64,000 bases of DNA from Octopus vulgaris (lineage: Eukaryota). The stretch lies in assembly GCA_951406725.2 (NCBI GenBank), contig OX597826.1, forward strand, positions 84,072,001 to 84,136,000, given 5' to 3'. Shown one piece after another: positions 14,106 through 25,471 of this stretch (the first letter of the stretch is position 1; each line of letters opens with the position of its first letter). The position numbers were made by a program, and so were the translations under genes. The notes below the pieces were generated by a model. The model saw only the letters and a list, made by a program, of their open reading frames with translations, did not search any database and was not told where the DNA came from.

Positions 14106-14371
14106 GTATGACTATATCAATGTTTGGTTCTAAAATTAGTTGTTGTGTTCTCTCAAATCATTCCAGATTCAGTAGACCTATATACAAGAATGTTTCATTC
14201 ATGATCTTCCATCAGTATAAGAGCATCTAAGACTATTTAGGAGCTTGAACCTCACAGAAGAAATTATATAAAAGTATAGGATTACTGTTGATATACTGTA
14301 CTTGAGGATATGTGCCCATCTCTAAGATTCTGGAAGCACAATTTAATGTGTGTGTATACATGTATGTATCA

Positions 14372-14528
14372 TGATTATCATTTAACATCCGTTGTCCATG
14401 CTGGTATGGGCAGGATGGTTTGACTAGGGCTGGCAAGCCGGAAGGCTGCACCAGACTGCAGTCTGCTTTGACATCGGTTTCACAGCTGTATGCCCTTCCT
14501 AATGCCAACCACTCTGTGAGTGTAATGG
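14372..14528 (-). mobile_element. RTE/SINE 3' tail, interrupted by (TA)n and the palindrome
   Basis: Reverse complement of the tail ggttggcattaggaagggcat..gatgttaaatgatgat. Confidence 0.8.
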
Positions 14529-14549
14529 TATATATATATATATATATAT

Positions 14550-15008
14550 ATATTTTGTTGTATTTTGGAATGGTCATTTTGCCAGTTTAGCCAATAAAAA
14601 CACACACACTATATATTTGGTGTTACTTTGCTTCAGCACTATTTATTTTTTACATTAATCTTAATCTTATTTCGGCTAGAGTTCTTTCGTCACACTCCTG
14701 TGACCGCATCAGTGCTACTTTGTTTTCTTCTTTCTTATTTGTGTCTCTCCTTACTAACCGTCAGCCATTTTGCATTTCAAATACAAAATGGCTGACGGTT
14801 AGTAAAGAGAGACACACAAATAAGAAAGAAGAAAGCAAAGGACAACTGATGAGATCACAGGAGTGTGACGAAAGAACTCTGGCCGAAATAAGATTAAGAT
14901 TAATGTAAAAAATAAATAGTGCTGAAGCAAAGTAACACCAAATATATAGTGTGTGTGTTTTTATTGGCTAAACTGGCAAAATGACCATTCCAAAATACAA
15001 CACAATAT
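14550..15008. repeat. ~460-bp near-perfect palindrome (putative Penelope-like inverted pLTR) in (TA)n
   Basis: Arms 14550-14777 and 14779-15008 are reverse complements with a few substitutions and a small indel; the centre is tttCaaa. Flanked by TA runs. The PLE assignment is inference. Confidence 0.9.
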
Positions 15009-15089
15009 CTGTTTCAACACATGATTTCACATAAAAAATCTTGCAAAACAAAACTATAAACGTATATATATATATACACACACACAACT

Positions 15090-16250
15090 GGGCCTCCTTA
15101 CCCAATGCCCTCTTCAAGCCATCATCTACCTAACTGCAGTATTTATTTTTAGTATTCTCTCTCTCTCTCTTCTGTGTTACCAAATTATCCTTTCTTCTCC
15201 ACCATCATACAATTTAACTCTCCCCATGCACTCTGTTTACCTTTTCCCTTGCATTCATTTCACCTAACCACCTACACATCTTTCTTTCACTTTTTGCCTC
15301 ATCACTATATCATTATTCGTATTCTGCTGCTCTTCCCCACTTTTGTACAGTCAGTCGTTCCCTGCTCTCCCCTTCTTTTCTCCCAACTTGTATGTACCAT
15401 TGATCGCCCCACCCATTGTCCTTTATTTACTACATCCATAGCTCAACCCCACTCAATCACTGTAGTGGTTGGGTAGGATTGAGGTATGGGTGCAAGGAGA
15501 AAGGAAGCATACTGCAGGGGGGGAACTGAAATTGTATGGTGGTGGAGAAGGAGAGAATTTGGCAACACAAAAGGATGATCACTGCAAAATGTGGATGGAG
15601 AGCTGATCAATATCTTCCCTCCAGCATATTCATCATCCCTCAACACTTCATTCATAATATTCATCTCCCTCACCCGTTCCTCTTCTCTAGCCATTCCTCA
15701 CTCTCCTTGTACACTCTTGCAACCTCTACCTTTCCATGCTCAGTAAGAAAGTAGAGTTTGCAAAGAACAATGTCCTATAACTAAAAGTGAAGCTAGACAA
15801 GAGGTTTATCTCCTCTCACTTCTACTCACCTTGTATCTTGAGGGTTCATTCTGATACCTCATCACTACTATTTTATCTCCCTTTCCAGCTCTACCTTGGT
15901 TAAGTCCACCCACTATGCTATACTGTAAGTAGCTATGTAACCCCTCTGAAGCAACAGATTTCTGTTCTGATCCTTTCTCTCATACTTTAACCTCTTCTCT
16001 AACATAGATCTGCCTCCCAATTAGTCCACGGAAATCTTACTCTTGCAAGCTGATGACGACCTCACTAGTGCAGGTGACCTGTATAAAGCACCCAGTACTC
16101 TCTGTAATGTGGTTGGTGTTAGGAAGGGCATTTAACTGAAGAAGCTGTTCTAACACAGTTATTGGAGCACCATTGCCATCCTTGAACCTGTCACATTCTA
16201 TCAAATCATTTAATCCATCCAGACAGATATTAAAAAATTAATACGATGAT
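15090..16250 (+). mobile_element. CT-rich tract plus RTE-type 3' tail (old LINE 3'UTR)
   Basis: Pyrimidine-rich tract followed by aaagcacccagtac..ggttggtgttaggaagggc. Confidence 0.6.
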
Positions 16251-16763
16251 AGTGGGCTGTGTGATCTCAGAGAAATTTCAGTTATTTCTAGTGAATCAAG
16301 GCTTCTTTCTTTCTTCCATTTTTGGTAAAAAAAGGTTACTGTTAGCAAGAAAGCAATAGTATAATTATGTTATTGAGGCCTACAAATTGTAATGCTAGCT
16401 CACTTGTCATTTGATATTCAGTTTTATCTTGGCAAGGTTCATTTTTGCACTTCATTTATCTATGGAGTTCAAAAAATAATTAATAATACACGTGGTTTCA
16501 ATTCAAATAATCATATTACCTTTATCAAAAATGCCTTCCTCTTTTAAGATGGCTGGGTGTGATTTGGAGATTTGGCTCCTGTTTCTAGCAAGTCAAGTAG
16601 TCACTACATGTTAACTCAGAAAATAGCATTGTTTAGAAAAGCTTTTGCTGGTAATTGTGTTTAGGTTGGGCATTTCCTGAGGCTTATGAGGATATTGAGT
16701 TCTCTTTGCAACCTAAGTATTTTATTATTTTGTATTTCATTTTTTGTTTATTTTTTCTTTTAG

Positions 16764-16892
16764 ATTTTTGATTGCCTGTGCTTGTGGTGATAAAGTAAAT
16801 TCAAATGATACAGATTTGGACTACGAAAGTTTAGGACTAGCCAAAAATCATGCTTACTCAGTGTTGGATGTTCAGGAGGTAGAAGGAAACAG
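16764..16892 (+). CDS. CAPN15: Calpain-15/SOL-like exon 5 (catalytic His, HAYSVL)
   Basis: ttttAG / GTgagg. Encodes FLIACACG..YESLGLAKNHAYSVLDVQEVEGNR; His codon at 16849-16851. Confidence 0.94.
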
Positions 16893-17414
16893 GTGAGGAT
16901 TTTGTTCTTTGTTAAATATTGATTTCTAACATGTTCACAAGGTTTCCTGAAGTTGACAGACTAAATTTGTAATTGGGGCAAAGCTTCAGCCAGCTAAGGG
17001 TAACTTGGTGAGAGAACAGTGAGGTAGACAGGGCAATAAAAGAGAAGTGACAGGTTTTAGAAACAGTAAGAAAGTAGAGTTTACAAAGAACAATGTCCTA
17101 TAACTAAAAGTTTAGCTAGACAAGAGGTTTATATTACAACAGCAGAAACTGAAAGGAAGAGGTTTACCAATGTGTTACAGCATGAGGTGTTGCAGATAGC
17201 AAGACAGTTTATAACAGAGAGAAAAGTGTGTACGGGTAGATATTGATGTACTTCCACTTTGTGATTCTTGAAAGCTAGAATCAAGGAAGTGCTACCATAA
17301 AATATGGAAAATGCAACATTGACCCAACTGAGGGACTAGCTATCCTAGTTGACAGCAGTATGATAGATAAGGCTGACTGTATACTGATTTAAGTATTCTA
17401 CACTCATATTGACT

Positions 17415-18132
17415 GTAACTGTGGTGTGCAAGAGAGACGTTTGCGCTGGTATGGCCATGTGGCGAGAATGGATGAAGATAGTTGTGTGAAAAAGTGCCAC
17501 ACCCTAGCGGTTGAGGGAACCCGTGGAAGAGGCAGACCTGGGAAAACCTGGGACGAGGTGGTGAAGCACGACCTTCGAACTTTAGGTCTCACTGAGGAAA
17601 TGACTAGAGACCGAGACCTTTGGAAGTATGCTGTGCGTGAGAAGACCCGGCAGGACAAGTGAGACCATAACCCGTGGCCTCTGTAGCCAGTCCACTTATG
17701 CATACCTTTCCTTCTTGGGACACAAAACTCTACTTGTGAAGACCTGTTGAGGCAAGTGAAAATCGAAATCGATCAACATCAATGGAAATTGCAGCTGTGA
17801 TACCAGTGCCAGTGGTACATAAGAGAACCATCCAAACGTGGCCATAGCCAGCGCCACCCCGACTGGCCTCGTGCCGGTGATATGTAAAAAGCACCATCCG
17901 ATCGTGGCCGTTTGCCAGCCTCGTCTGGCACTTGTGCCGGTGGCATGTAAAAAGCACCCACTACACTCATAGAGTGGTTGGCGTTAGGAAGGGCATCCAG
18001 CCGTAGAAACATTGCCAGATCAGACTGGGCCTGGTGCAGCCTTCTGGCTTCCTAGACCCCTGTTGAACCATCCAACCCATGCTAGCATGGAAAGCGGATG
18101 CTAAACGAAGATGATGATGATGATGATGATGA
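17415..18132 (+). mobile_element. RTE LINE 3' fragment (family 1) with (GAT)n tail
   Basis: Encodes RRLRWYGHVARMDED..GRGRPGKTW, followed by 3'UTR repeats and a gatgatgat tail. Confidence 0.92.
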
Positions 18133-18322
18133 TTGACATCTTGTGCTAAGCATTTAATATAAGTCATAACCTGAAGACCTTAAGAGCTACAATCCTGGCT
18201 TTGGCTGCACTTAATCACAATGAATCAATCAATATTGAAACTATAATGATCAAGACTTCAAAAGCATGAAAACATTATCTGATAATTTAATCCATTAACT
18301 ATTTATTGACTTTCTTTTCCAG

Positions 18323-18481
18323 ACTTCTCCAAATTCGCAACCCTTGGAAATGCTTCAGCTGGAATGGCAAATGGTCCAATGATTCTCCACTTTGGGACAC
18401 TATTAATCCAGCAACTAAATGTAATCTACTTACAAGGTGTGGTGATGGAAAGTTCTGGATGTGTTTCAAAGATGTCCGAAG
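18323..18481 (+). CDS. CAPN15: Calpain-15/SOL-like exon 6 (catalytic Asn, IRNPW)
   Basis: ttccAG / GTtaat. Encodes LLQIRNPWKCFSWNGKWSND..DGKFWM; Asn codon at 18339-18341. Confidence 0.93.
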
Positions 18482-19302
18482 GTTAATATCTTGATTTAAT
18501 GTATTTTGTTGTTGTTGACAATGATAATGTAGCGGGTGAGTGATGTGGTCAATGGTGGTAATAGGATGGTGATGGTGTGGTTAATTGGTGCTGGTGAAGT
18601 GAGAGCAATAATGATGTTTGTTCCAAGTCAACCCTGATTAACAGTCTCAAGATCAGATGTTCCGTCTGTGACCAGCACAACTTGTTTCATGCATAGTGTC
18701 CTCTGTTTTTGTGATGGTAAGGTAATTTGTTATTTCTAGCAGTTTGTGTGGCTATATAAAGGCTTACATGTTGAACTGTATTGTTGCAGTTGTTTAGCCC
18801 CAGGCTAGTACTGACTTCATAGATATATGGTTGACAATGTTCCATCTATGGTCATTATGTTTTTAAGCATATCAAGAACCACATCCTCCAGTATGTTCTT
18901 TTAAGAGAATATGTAGGAGTTGAGTGAAATTTAACTGCTATTTGTTGCAATTCAAACAACCACAGGGAGACATTGTTGGCAAGAGGGTATGAATGGATCA
19001 TACCAATGTCATCAGTTTCTATTGTAATGTTCTTTGATGTGTCGCATTCACTGTCTAATCCTTGCCAGTTGGCTTTCTACATGGCTAGCTACTAGATCCA
19101 GCTTGGTAGGTTGTGTTATGTGTCCAATTCAGACGTTTTACTGTCTAGTATACTCTTACTCCATGATAAAAACTTTGACAAAACTTCAGTAGTTACTTTG
19201 TTATATCATCTGCCAAAAAAGATTTTTTTAAAAATTTGTGTTTGTGTGTAATAATCATAATTTTATGTCCACTTTTTATGCTGGCATGGATTAGACACTT
19301 TG

Positions 19303-20070
19303 TCATCATCATCATCATCGTTTAATGTCTGCTTTCCATGCTGGCATGGGTTGGATGGTTTGACTGAGTATTGGCCAGCCAGAAGGCTACATCAGGTTCC
19401 AATCTGATCTGGCAAGGTTTCTACAGCTGGATGCCCTTCCTAACGCCAACCACTCTGGGAGGGTAATGGGAGCTTGTTATGTGCCAGCAGTACTGGCATC
19501 GGCCACACTTAAATGGTGCTTTTTACCTGCCACCAGCACAGGAGCAGTCGAGCAGCACTGGCAACGACCATGGTTGAATGATGCTTTTAACGTGTCGCTG
19601 ATACGGGAGCCAGTCCAGTGGGACTGGCATTGACCATACTCAAATGGTGCTTTTTACGTGCCACCAGCATGGGTGCCAGTCAGGTGGTACTGGTATTGGG
19701 CACGACAATGATTTCACTTGACTCAACAGGTTTTCTCATGTACAGTTTATTGCCCAATGATTGAAGGGTACTCTTAAATTGGCCGGTTATTTGAGACTGG
19801 CATAGGCCACGGTTATGGTTTCACTTGGCTTGCCAGGTCTTCTCAAGCACAGCATACTTCCAAAGGTCTTGGTTACTTGTCATTGCCTCCATGAAGCCCA
19901 ACGTTCGAAGGTCGTGCTTCACCAACCCATCCCAGGTTTTCCTGGATCTACTTCTTCCACAGGTTCCCTCCACTTTTAGGGTGTGACTCTTTTTCACACA
20001 GCTGTCCTCAACCATAAGCAACATGTGACCATACCAGCACAGTCATCTCTCTTGCACAACACATCTGATG
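19303..20070 (-). mobile_element. RTE LINE 3' fragment (family 1), reverse orientation
   Basis: (CAT)n tail on +; ORF 19821-20024 is homologous to 17426-17662. Confidence 0.9.
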
Positions 20071-20259
20071 CTTTGGTCAATATAAAGATCTTCACCCAGG
20101 AACAAAAAAAAAACCAGTCAGGTATGTGTTAACAAGTGTGTGGAAAAGAAATAGGAAAAAAAAAATGCACACTGACGACCCTGGGGGTGAGGAGGGGACT
20201 TTTGGAAAATTCACAAGATCTGATTTTTCCATCATAACTTCCAGGAAAATGGATATATT

Positions 20260-21946
20260 CTTTTACTTGTTTCAGTTATTTGACTATAGCCATGCTGGAG
20301 CACTGCCTTTAGTCAAACAAATCAACCCCAGGACTTATTCTTTGTAAGCCTAGTACTTATTCTATTGGTCTCTTTTGTTGAACCACTAAGTTACAGAGAT
20401 GTAAGCACACCAGCATCGGTTGTCAAGCGATGGTGGGGGGTCAAACACAGACACAAACACACGTATATATGACAGGCTTCTTTCAATTTCCATCTACCAA
20501 ATCCACTTACAAGGCTTTGGTTGGCCCGAGGTTATAGTAGAAGACACTTGCCACGCAGTGGGACTGAACCCAGAACCATGTTGTTGGTAAGCAAGCTACT
20601 TTATTTCATCATATTTGCCATAAAGGCAGTACATAGAGTGTGGCTTTGCGGGCTGGAAAAGAACATTAATGAAGTGAATGATAATGAAACGAAGATGATG
20701 AGGATGGGAGAAGACAAAAAGTACCTGCCGACTTTTGCTTCTCTAAAACATTGTTCTTCAGAAAAATACAAAATGACATTTTGTATTTTACAATTTAAAA
20801 CACGTAGTTGAGTCAATTAAGTTCCTTACTCCCCAACCAGGCTGTACACTACCCTTAGGCACTGCTCCAGGTCCAGGTCGGGGCCCCAGAATGTAAATCT
20901 GAACATATGCTTCGAGAAGGCGCCCATCACCCTGAACATACCGACATCCAATATGACCTTCGTAGTCACCTACAAAGGCCAATCCTCATCCTCTGTCCAG
21001 GGCATGGGCTACTCTCTCTGGTCATCCAGCTTCTCTATGAAGCTCTGTACTGCCCCTCCCTTCTGGAAGAAGATGACAAAATCTTCTTTCCTCTTTCTGG
21101 GAGGGGCCGCTGTTTCCTCTGTCGGTGGCACCGGGCATGCCGACAGTTCATCATCAGCTGCCTGTGATGTCCCATTCTTTTTCTTCTTCCTTTTTCTCTT
21201 CTCCTTTACGACGGGAGGGGGGAGTTCCTCCTTCATGTCTGGAAGTCCTTCCTTCCCTTCCGTGCCTCAGGATCAATAGGTGGGCAACAACAGTTGCCCA
21301 CCTTCTTTCTTTTTTCCTTTCCTTTTTGAGGGGGTTGACACCCCCTCGACTTCCTCCCTCTCTCCCTCCAGTGGGGGAGCAGTGGGCTCTTCATCTCTTA
21401 ACTGCTCTAGGACCTTTGCTTGGTCCTGGCAACAGTTTTTCTTTATGTGTCCCAATTCCAGGCACCGGTGGGGATCACTGGGTACCTGGAACTGGCCATT
21501 GTTAAAAAATCTGGCAAAACCAGATCATTGGCTGATTGTGTCCGTAGGGTCAAAATTGCTTTTGACCCCACCCAATCAGCTGCAGGGAGAATTTTGACAT
21601 TCAAGAGCTTGGCAGTACTGCCACCCAGACCCCGGCGGATAGTGTCTCCTATCCATTTGGGCTCTATACTGGGTGGAAGCCCACACACCCAAGCTCTTGT
21701 CAATCTCCTCCCTTCATAAGTGTAGAGAAACAGAATTTTCTCCCCTTCTAATGGTTGGCTTGCAAAATCTCAAGCCTCTTGTTAGCCAAAAAATAAATAA
21801 TACGAGCAACAGAACCCCACAAGGTCCCCAAAAAATCAGATGTCTTACCTAGGAGTTGTTCTTCACTATTTCATGCCGCTGACACACACCGACGTGACTG
21901 CCACTGCGAGAAAAAAAAACGCGTCTTACCACACAGCCACTCCTAT
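20260..21946 (-). mobile_element. tRNA-head SINE split by a LINE insertion (body 20260-20600, head 21925-21946)
   Basis: Both pieces match the intact SINE at 62659-63057; tatt is duplicated at both flanks. Confidence 0.85.
20602..21924 (-). mobile_element. ORF1-only L1/Tx1-like element (HAL1-like)
   Basis: GRRLTRAWVCGLPPSIEPKWI is similar to ORF1 at ~10800 (GRRTSKVRVSDIPPEIDVAWL). A partial knuckle RCLELGHIKKNC follows, then an AT-rich 3' end with AATAAA. No EN or RT. Confidence 0.7.
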
Positions 21947-22560
21947 TGATTTTTTTTTTTTTATGCAACTCCATGTTTTTGGTTATGGGGGATCTGATTC
22001 CGAAAAAAGGTTTTTAAAAAAATCGCATTTTTGAAATTTCAATTATCCCTCCCAGATTTTTTTTTCTTTTTTCTGTGAAATATGTAGAAAAATAAGATTA
22101 CGATTCTGAAAAAAATTGGTTTGTAAAATTTCAATTTTTCAAAAATAAAAATATATATATATAGCCTTCAAGTAGGCTATCCACATGCTAGAAATAACAG
22201 TCAAATGTCACAGAACTGTGATAACATAATGTAATCAATCTACTCACCTTTCTGCAAAGATATTTTTCAGAGTAATTTCCCGCAGTAATATGACAAAATT
22301 ATTCATGTGAAATTAAAGTGTCTTTTTTTGTTTATTTTTTTTAAACTTTCAAAACAACCATTCATTTACTGGAGGATTTTAGGTCAGCGTTTTTCATAAA
22401 AAATTTGAAATTAGAATTTGAATGTGTTTATTTTTTCCATATTTTCAATTTCCATATTTTCCCACATACATTGACGGGGAAAAAAAAAAATTCGCAAAAT
22501 GTTTTAAAAAAGAGTTTAAAAAAGAAAGTTTAAAAGAAAAAAAAAACACTTTAATTTCAC

Positions 22561-22561
<1 letters not shown>

Positions 22562-22592
<31 letters not shown>

Positions 22593-23381
22593 TGTGTACA
22601 GTGCTCAGGTGCACTACAACTCATCTAAAGTGTATATATAATCAGGTGAAGTTTCGGCGGATTTCGGAAAGCATGAGGGCCTTAAAAGATGCAGTGTCAT
22701 GGCAGTCAACAACTGACGCAGGCAGTTTATTCCATGCTTCAGCAACTCTGAGCGTGAAAAAATGTTTCCGAAAGTCATGGGAGCTGTATTGTTTTCTGAC
22801 TTTGTAGGCATGTCCACGTGTGTTAGACACATGGAGATCAAAAAGGTGTTCAGTGTTGTTGTTGGTGAGGTGGTTGATAACTTTGTGGGTGTTTACCAAG
22901 TCCGTCGCCAAACGCCGGAGCTTCAGTGAATCCATGCCCAGGGAAACAAGGCGCTCAGAATATGGTAGGTGTCTGATGGAGGGTATGCGTTTGGTTGCAC
23001 GTCTCTGGACAGATTCCAGGAGGTCAATGTTCTGTGCAAGATAGGGGTTCCAAACTGATGATGCGAATTCCAAGTGTGGTCGTACCATAGCTGTATACAG
23101 TTTTAAATAGATGGCTGGAGAGCGGCTAACAAAAGACCTGCTGAGTGATGCCAAGACACCCTCGGCCTTCCTTGACAATCTTAGAGATATGCTTTGACCA
23201 ACGCAAATCACTGCTGACAGTGATGCCTAGGTCACGCTCGCAAGAGGATTTCTTGATATCAGTGTTGTGGAGGGAGTATGTGAACGCAGGGTTTTTTCTC
23301 CCAAAATGCATGGTGGTACACTTGTCCACAGCCAGTTTCAGTTGCTAGTCTGTGATCCATTGCTGCATTGTGTCTAGGTCT
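22562..23381 (-). mobile_element. CR1-clade LINE 3' end with (ATT)n tail
   Basis: ERDLGI, LYTAMVRPHLEFASSVWNPY, LESVQRRATK, TRGH, FFTLRV..WNKLP. Stop at 22642, short 3'UTR. Confidence 0.93.
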
Positions 23382-24253
23382 GAATAACTTTGAATAACTT
23401 TGTCATATTACTGCAGGAAATTACTCTGAAAGATATCTTTGCAGAAAGGTGAGTAGATTGATTTACGGATAGCCTGCTTGAAGGCCTGAGGGTATATATA
23501 TATATATATATTTCACCAAAAAAAAATTAATTTCCACGAGGAGAGTAATTGAAATTTTGAAAATGCGTTTTTTTGAAAAAAAATTTTCGGAATCTGATCC
23601 TCCATAACCAAAAACGTGGGATTCCGTAAAAAAAAAAAATCAATATATGTCCATTTTACCGGAAGTTATGATAGAAAAATTGAATCTTGTGAATTTTCTG
23701 CAAGTCTCCTCCCTACCCCCTAGGCTTGTCAGGTTCAGTTCCCCTATGTGGTTCTTAGAGCAAGTGCCTTTTACTATAGTCCTAGGCCAACTTAAGCCTA
23801 GGACTATAGTATCTACCTAACCCTATTTGGTAGATAGAAACTTGAAGAAGCCCATCATATATGATGTGTGTGTGTGTGTGTGTGTGTATGTGGACATCAC
23901 TGTCTTGACATATGACTATATTAAACAAGTATCACCATCATGCGAGTGGTGGCCTTCATTTCCAGTCTTCTTGGAAACAGGTAAGGACTGGTGACATGAA
24001 GGGTATCTGGCCATAGAAATTATGGCCCAACAAATTCTGTATGACCCATGTTGACATGGAGAAGTGGACAAACATTAAAACGTGTGTTTTTGTGTGCATT
24101 ATATGTGTGCTTAAGTTACTTCTGGACTGATGCAAATTAACAATCTTCATAAAATTGTCCTATTATTCTTTTTTACTTTCTGTAACCTATTGAATTGATA
24201 TAAAAGGATGTCATGTGATAGTAAAAAAAAGGTCATATGTTTATATTATGCAG

Positions 24254-24415
24254 AAACTTCAATAATATGGAAGTGTGCAAAGTCTGTCCAGATTGGCATG
24301 AAATGGGAATCCAAGGGAGATTTTTATCTCATGCAAACATGCCATTAAAAGTGCACATTTTGACTGTTCATAAAACTGCTGAATTTGATTTTTCCATCTA
24401 CCAAAATGACAGGAG
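24254..24415 (+). CDS. CAPN15: Calpain-15/SOL-like exon 7
   Basis: atgcAG / GTgagt. Encodes NFNNMEVCKVCPDWHE..QGRF..LTV..FSIYQ, the end of CysPc and start of the SOL-homology domain. Confidence 0.9.
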
Positions 24416-24454
24416 GTGAGTTAATATGTTGTCCAGTTGATGTAGTAATAATAA

Positions 24455-24675
24455 TAATAATCATCTTCTAAAGGTACAAGGTTTGAAATTTAGCAGGATA
24501 GGACAAGTCGAGTACATCAACCCCAGTGCATAACTGGTACTTAATTTACTGACCCTGAAAGGATGAAAGGCAAAGTCAACCTTGGTGGAATTTTAACTCA
24601 GGATGTAAAGATGGATGACATGCCGCAAAGCATTTTGCCCAGCATGCTAACAATCCTGCCCGCTTACCACCTTGA
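24455..24675 (-). mobile_element. SINE family 2
   Basis: Reverse complement of 36184-36410 (gactttgcctttcatcctttc). Confidence 0.8.
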
Positions 24676-24959
24676 TTAATAATAATAATAATTCTAAAAG
24701 GTATAATGGTTGTGAGGTTAAGGCATTGAATTACTAAAAGCAAATGTAAATTTAATCTTACTGGAATGGATGTATTGTCTACCTAAGTAAGGCTCATCTG
24801 GTAATTTACTTTGCATGAACAGCAATGACAACAGAGTACCATTCCTACTTCACAGTTGAATAGATAATGTTAGAAGAGCATTTATTTGTAAAAACAGTGA
24901 TTTCAACAGAGATTATCTGACATAAATATGATGCTTGTAAGTATGACAATGTAAAAAAA

Positions 24960-25470
24960 AAAAAATAAAGCAAAGTTTGTTTTATTTCCTAGCACGGAAA
25001 TCTGATACCTGGAGAAATCTTGCAACCCCACCCTTGTTTGGATGTAGGTAGCTACTAGTCTGAAGGTATAGCCTAAGATGTTAGTCACTAACTTACTACC
25101 TTCTGGGTCCAAGAAAATTGTCCATATTGGAAGATCTAGACCTTTCCAAAACAACATAGCAACTTGGCCTCCCGATCCAAATTAATTTGGAGATGCATAC
25201 ACCTCATAATCATCAAAGATAGGCATGAAAGCTTAGACCTTGGAAATAATTCTGGTTTTGTGAATGGCCACCACATCTATATCTCATGACCTGACGTTGT
25301 TGATTACATGGCCTATTCTTAGAGAAGCTATGTTGCATAAAAGTAAAGATTGAGAGGAGCCACTTATCTCCTTCATATGAAAAAACAGTTCTGTCCTTCT
25401 GGCTAGTTGTGAGAATTTCCAAGGAGTAGTGATGATAAAGATGGTGATAGTCCATCCATTCCTCACCCAG
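24960..25470 (-). mobile_element. Degraded L1/Tx1 endonuclease fragment
   Basis: FLDPEGSK..FRLVATY is homologous to 12100-12190 and 38330-38420. Confidence 0.65.
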
Positions 25471-25471
25471 T

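Larger units (their letters stand above)
20172..23732. mobile_element. Foldback/long-TIR DNA element with nested insertions
   Basis: 20172-20259, 21944-22050 and 22150-22305 are together the reverse complement of about 23390-23732. Confidence 0.75.
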
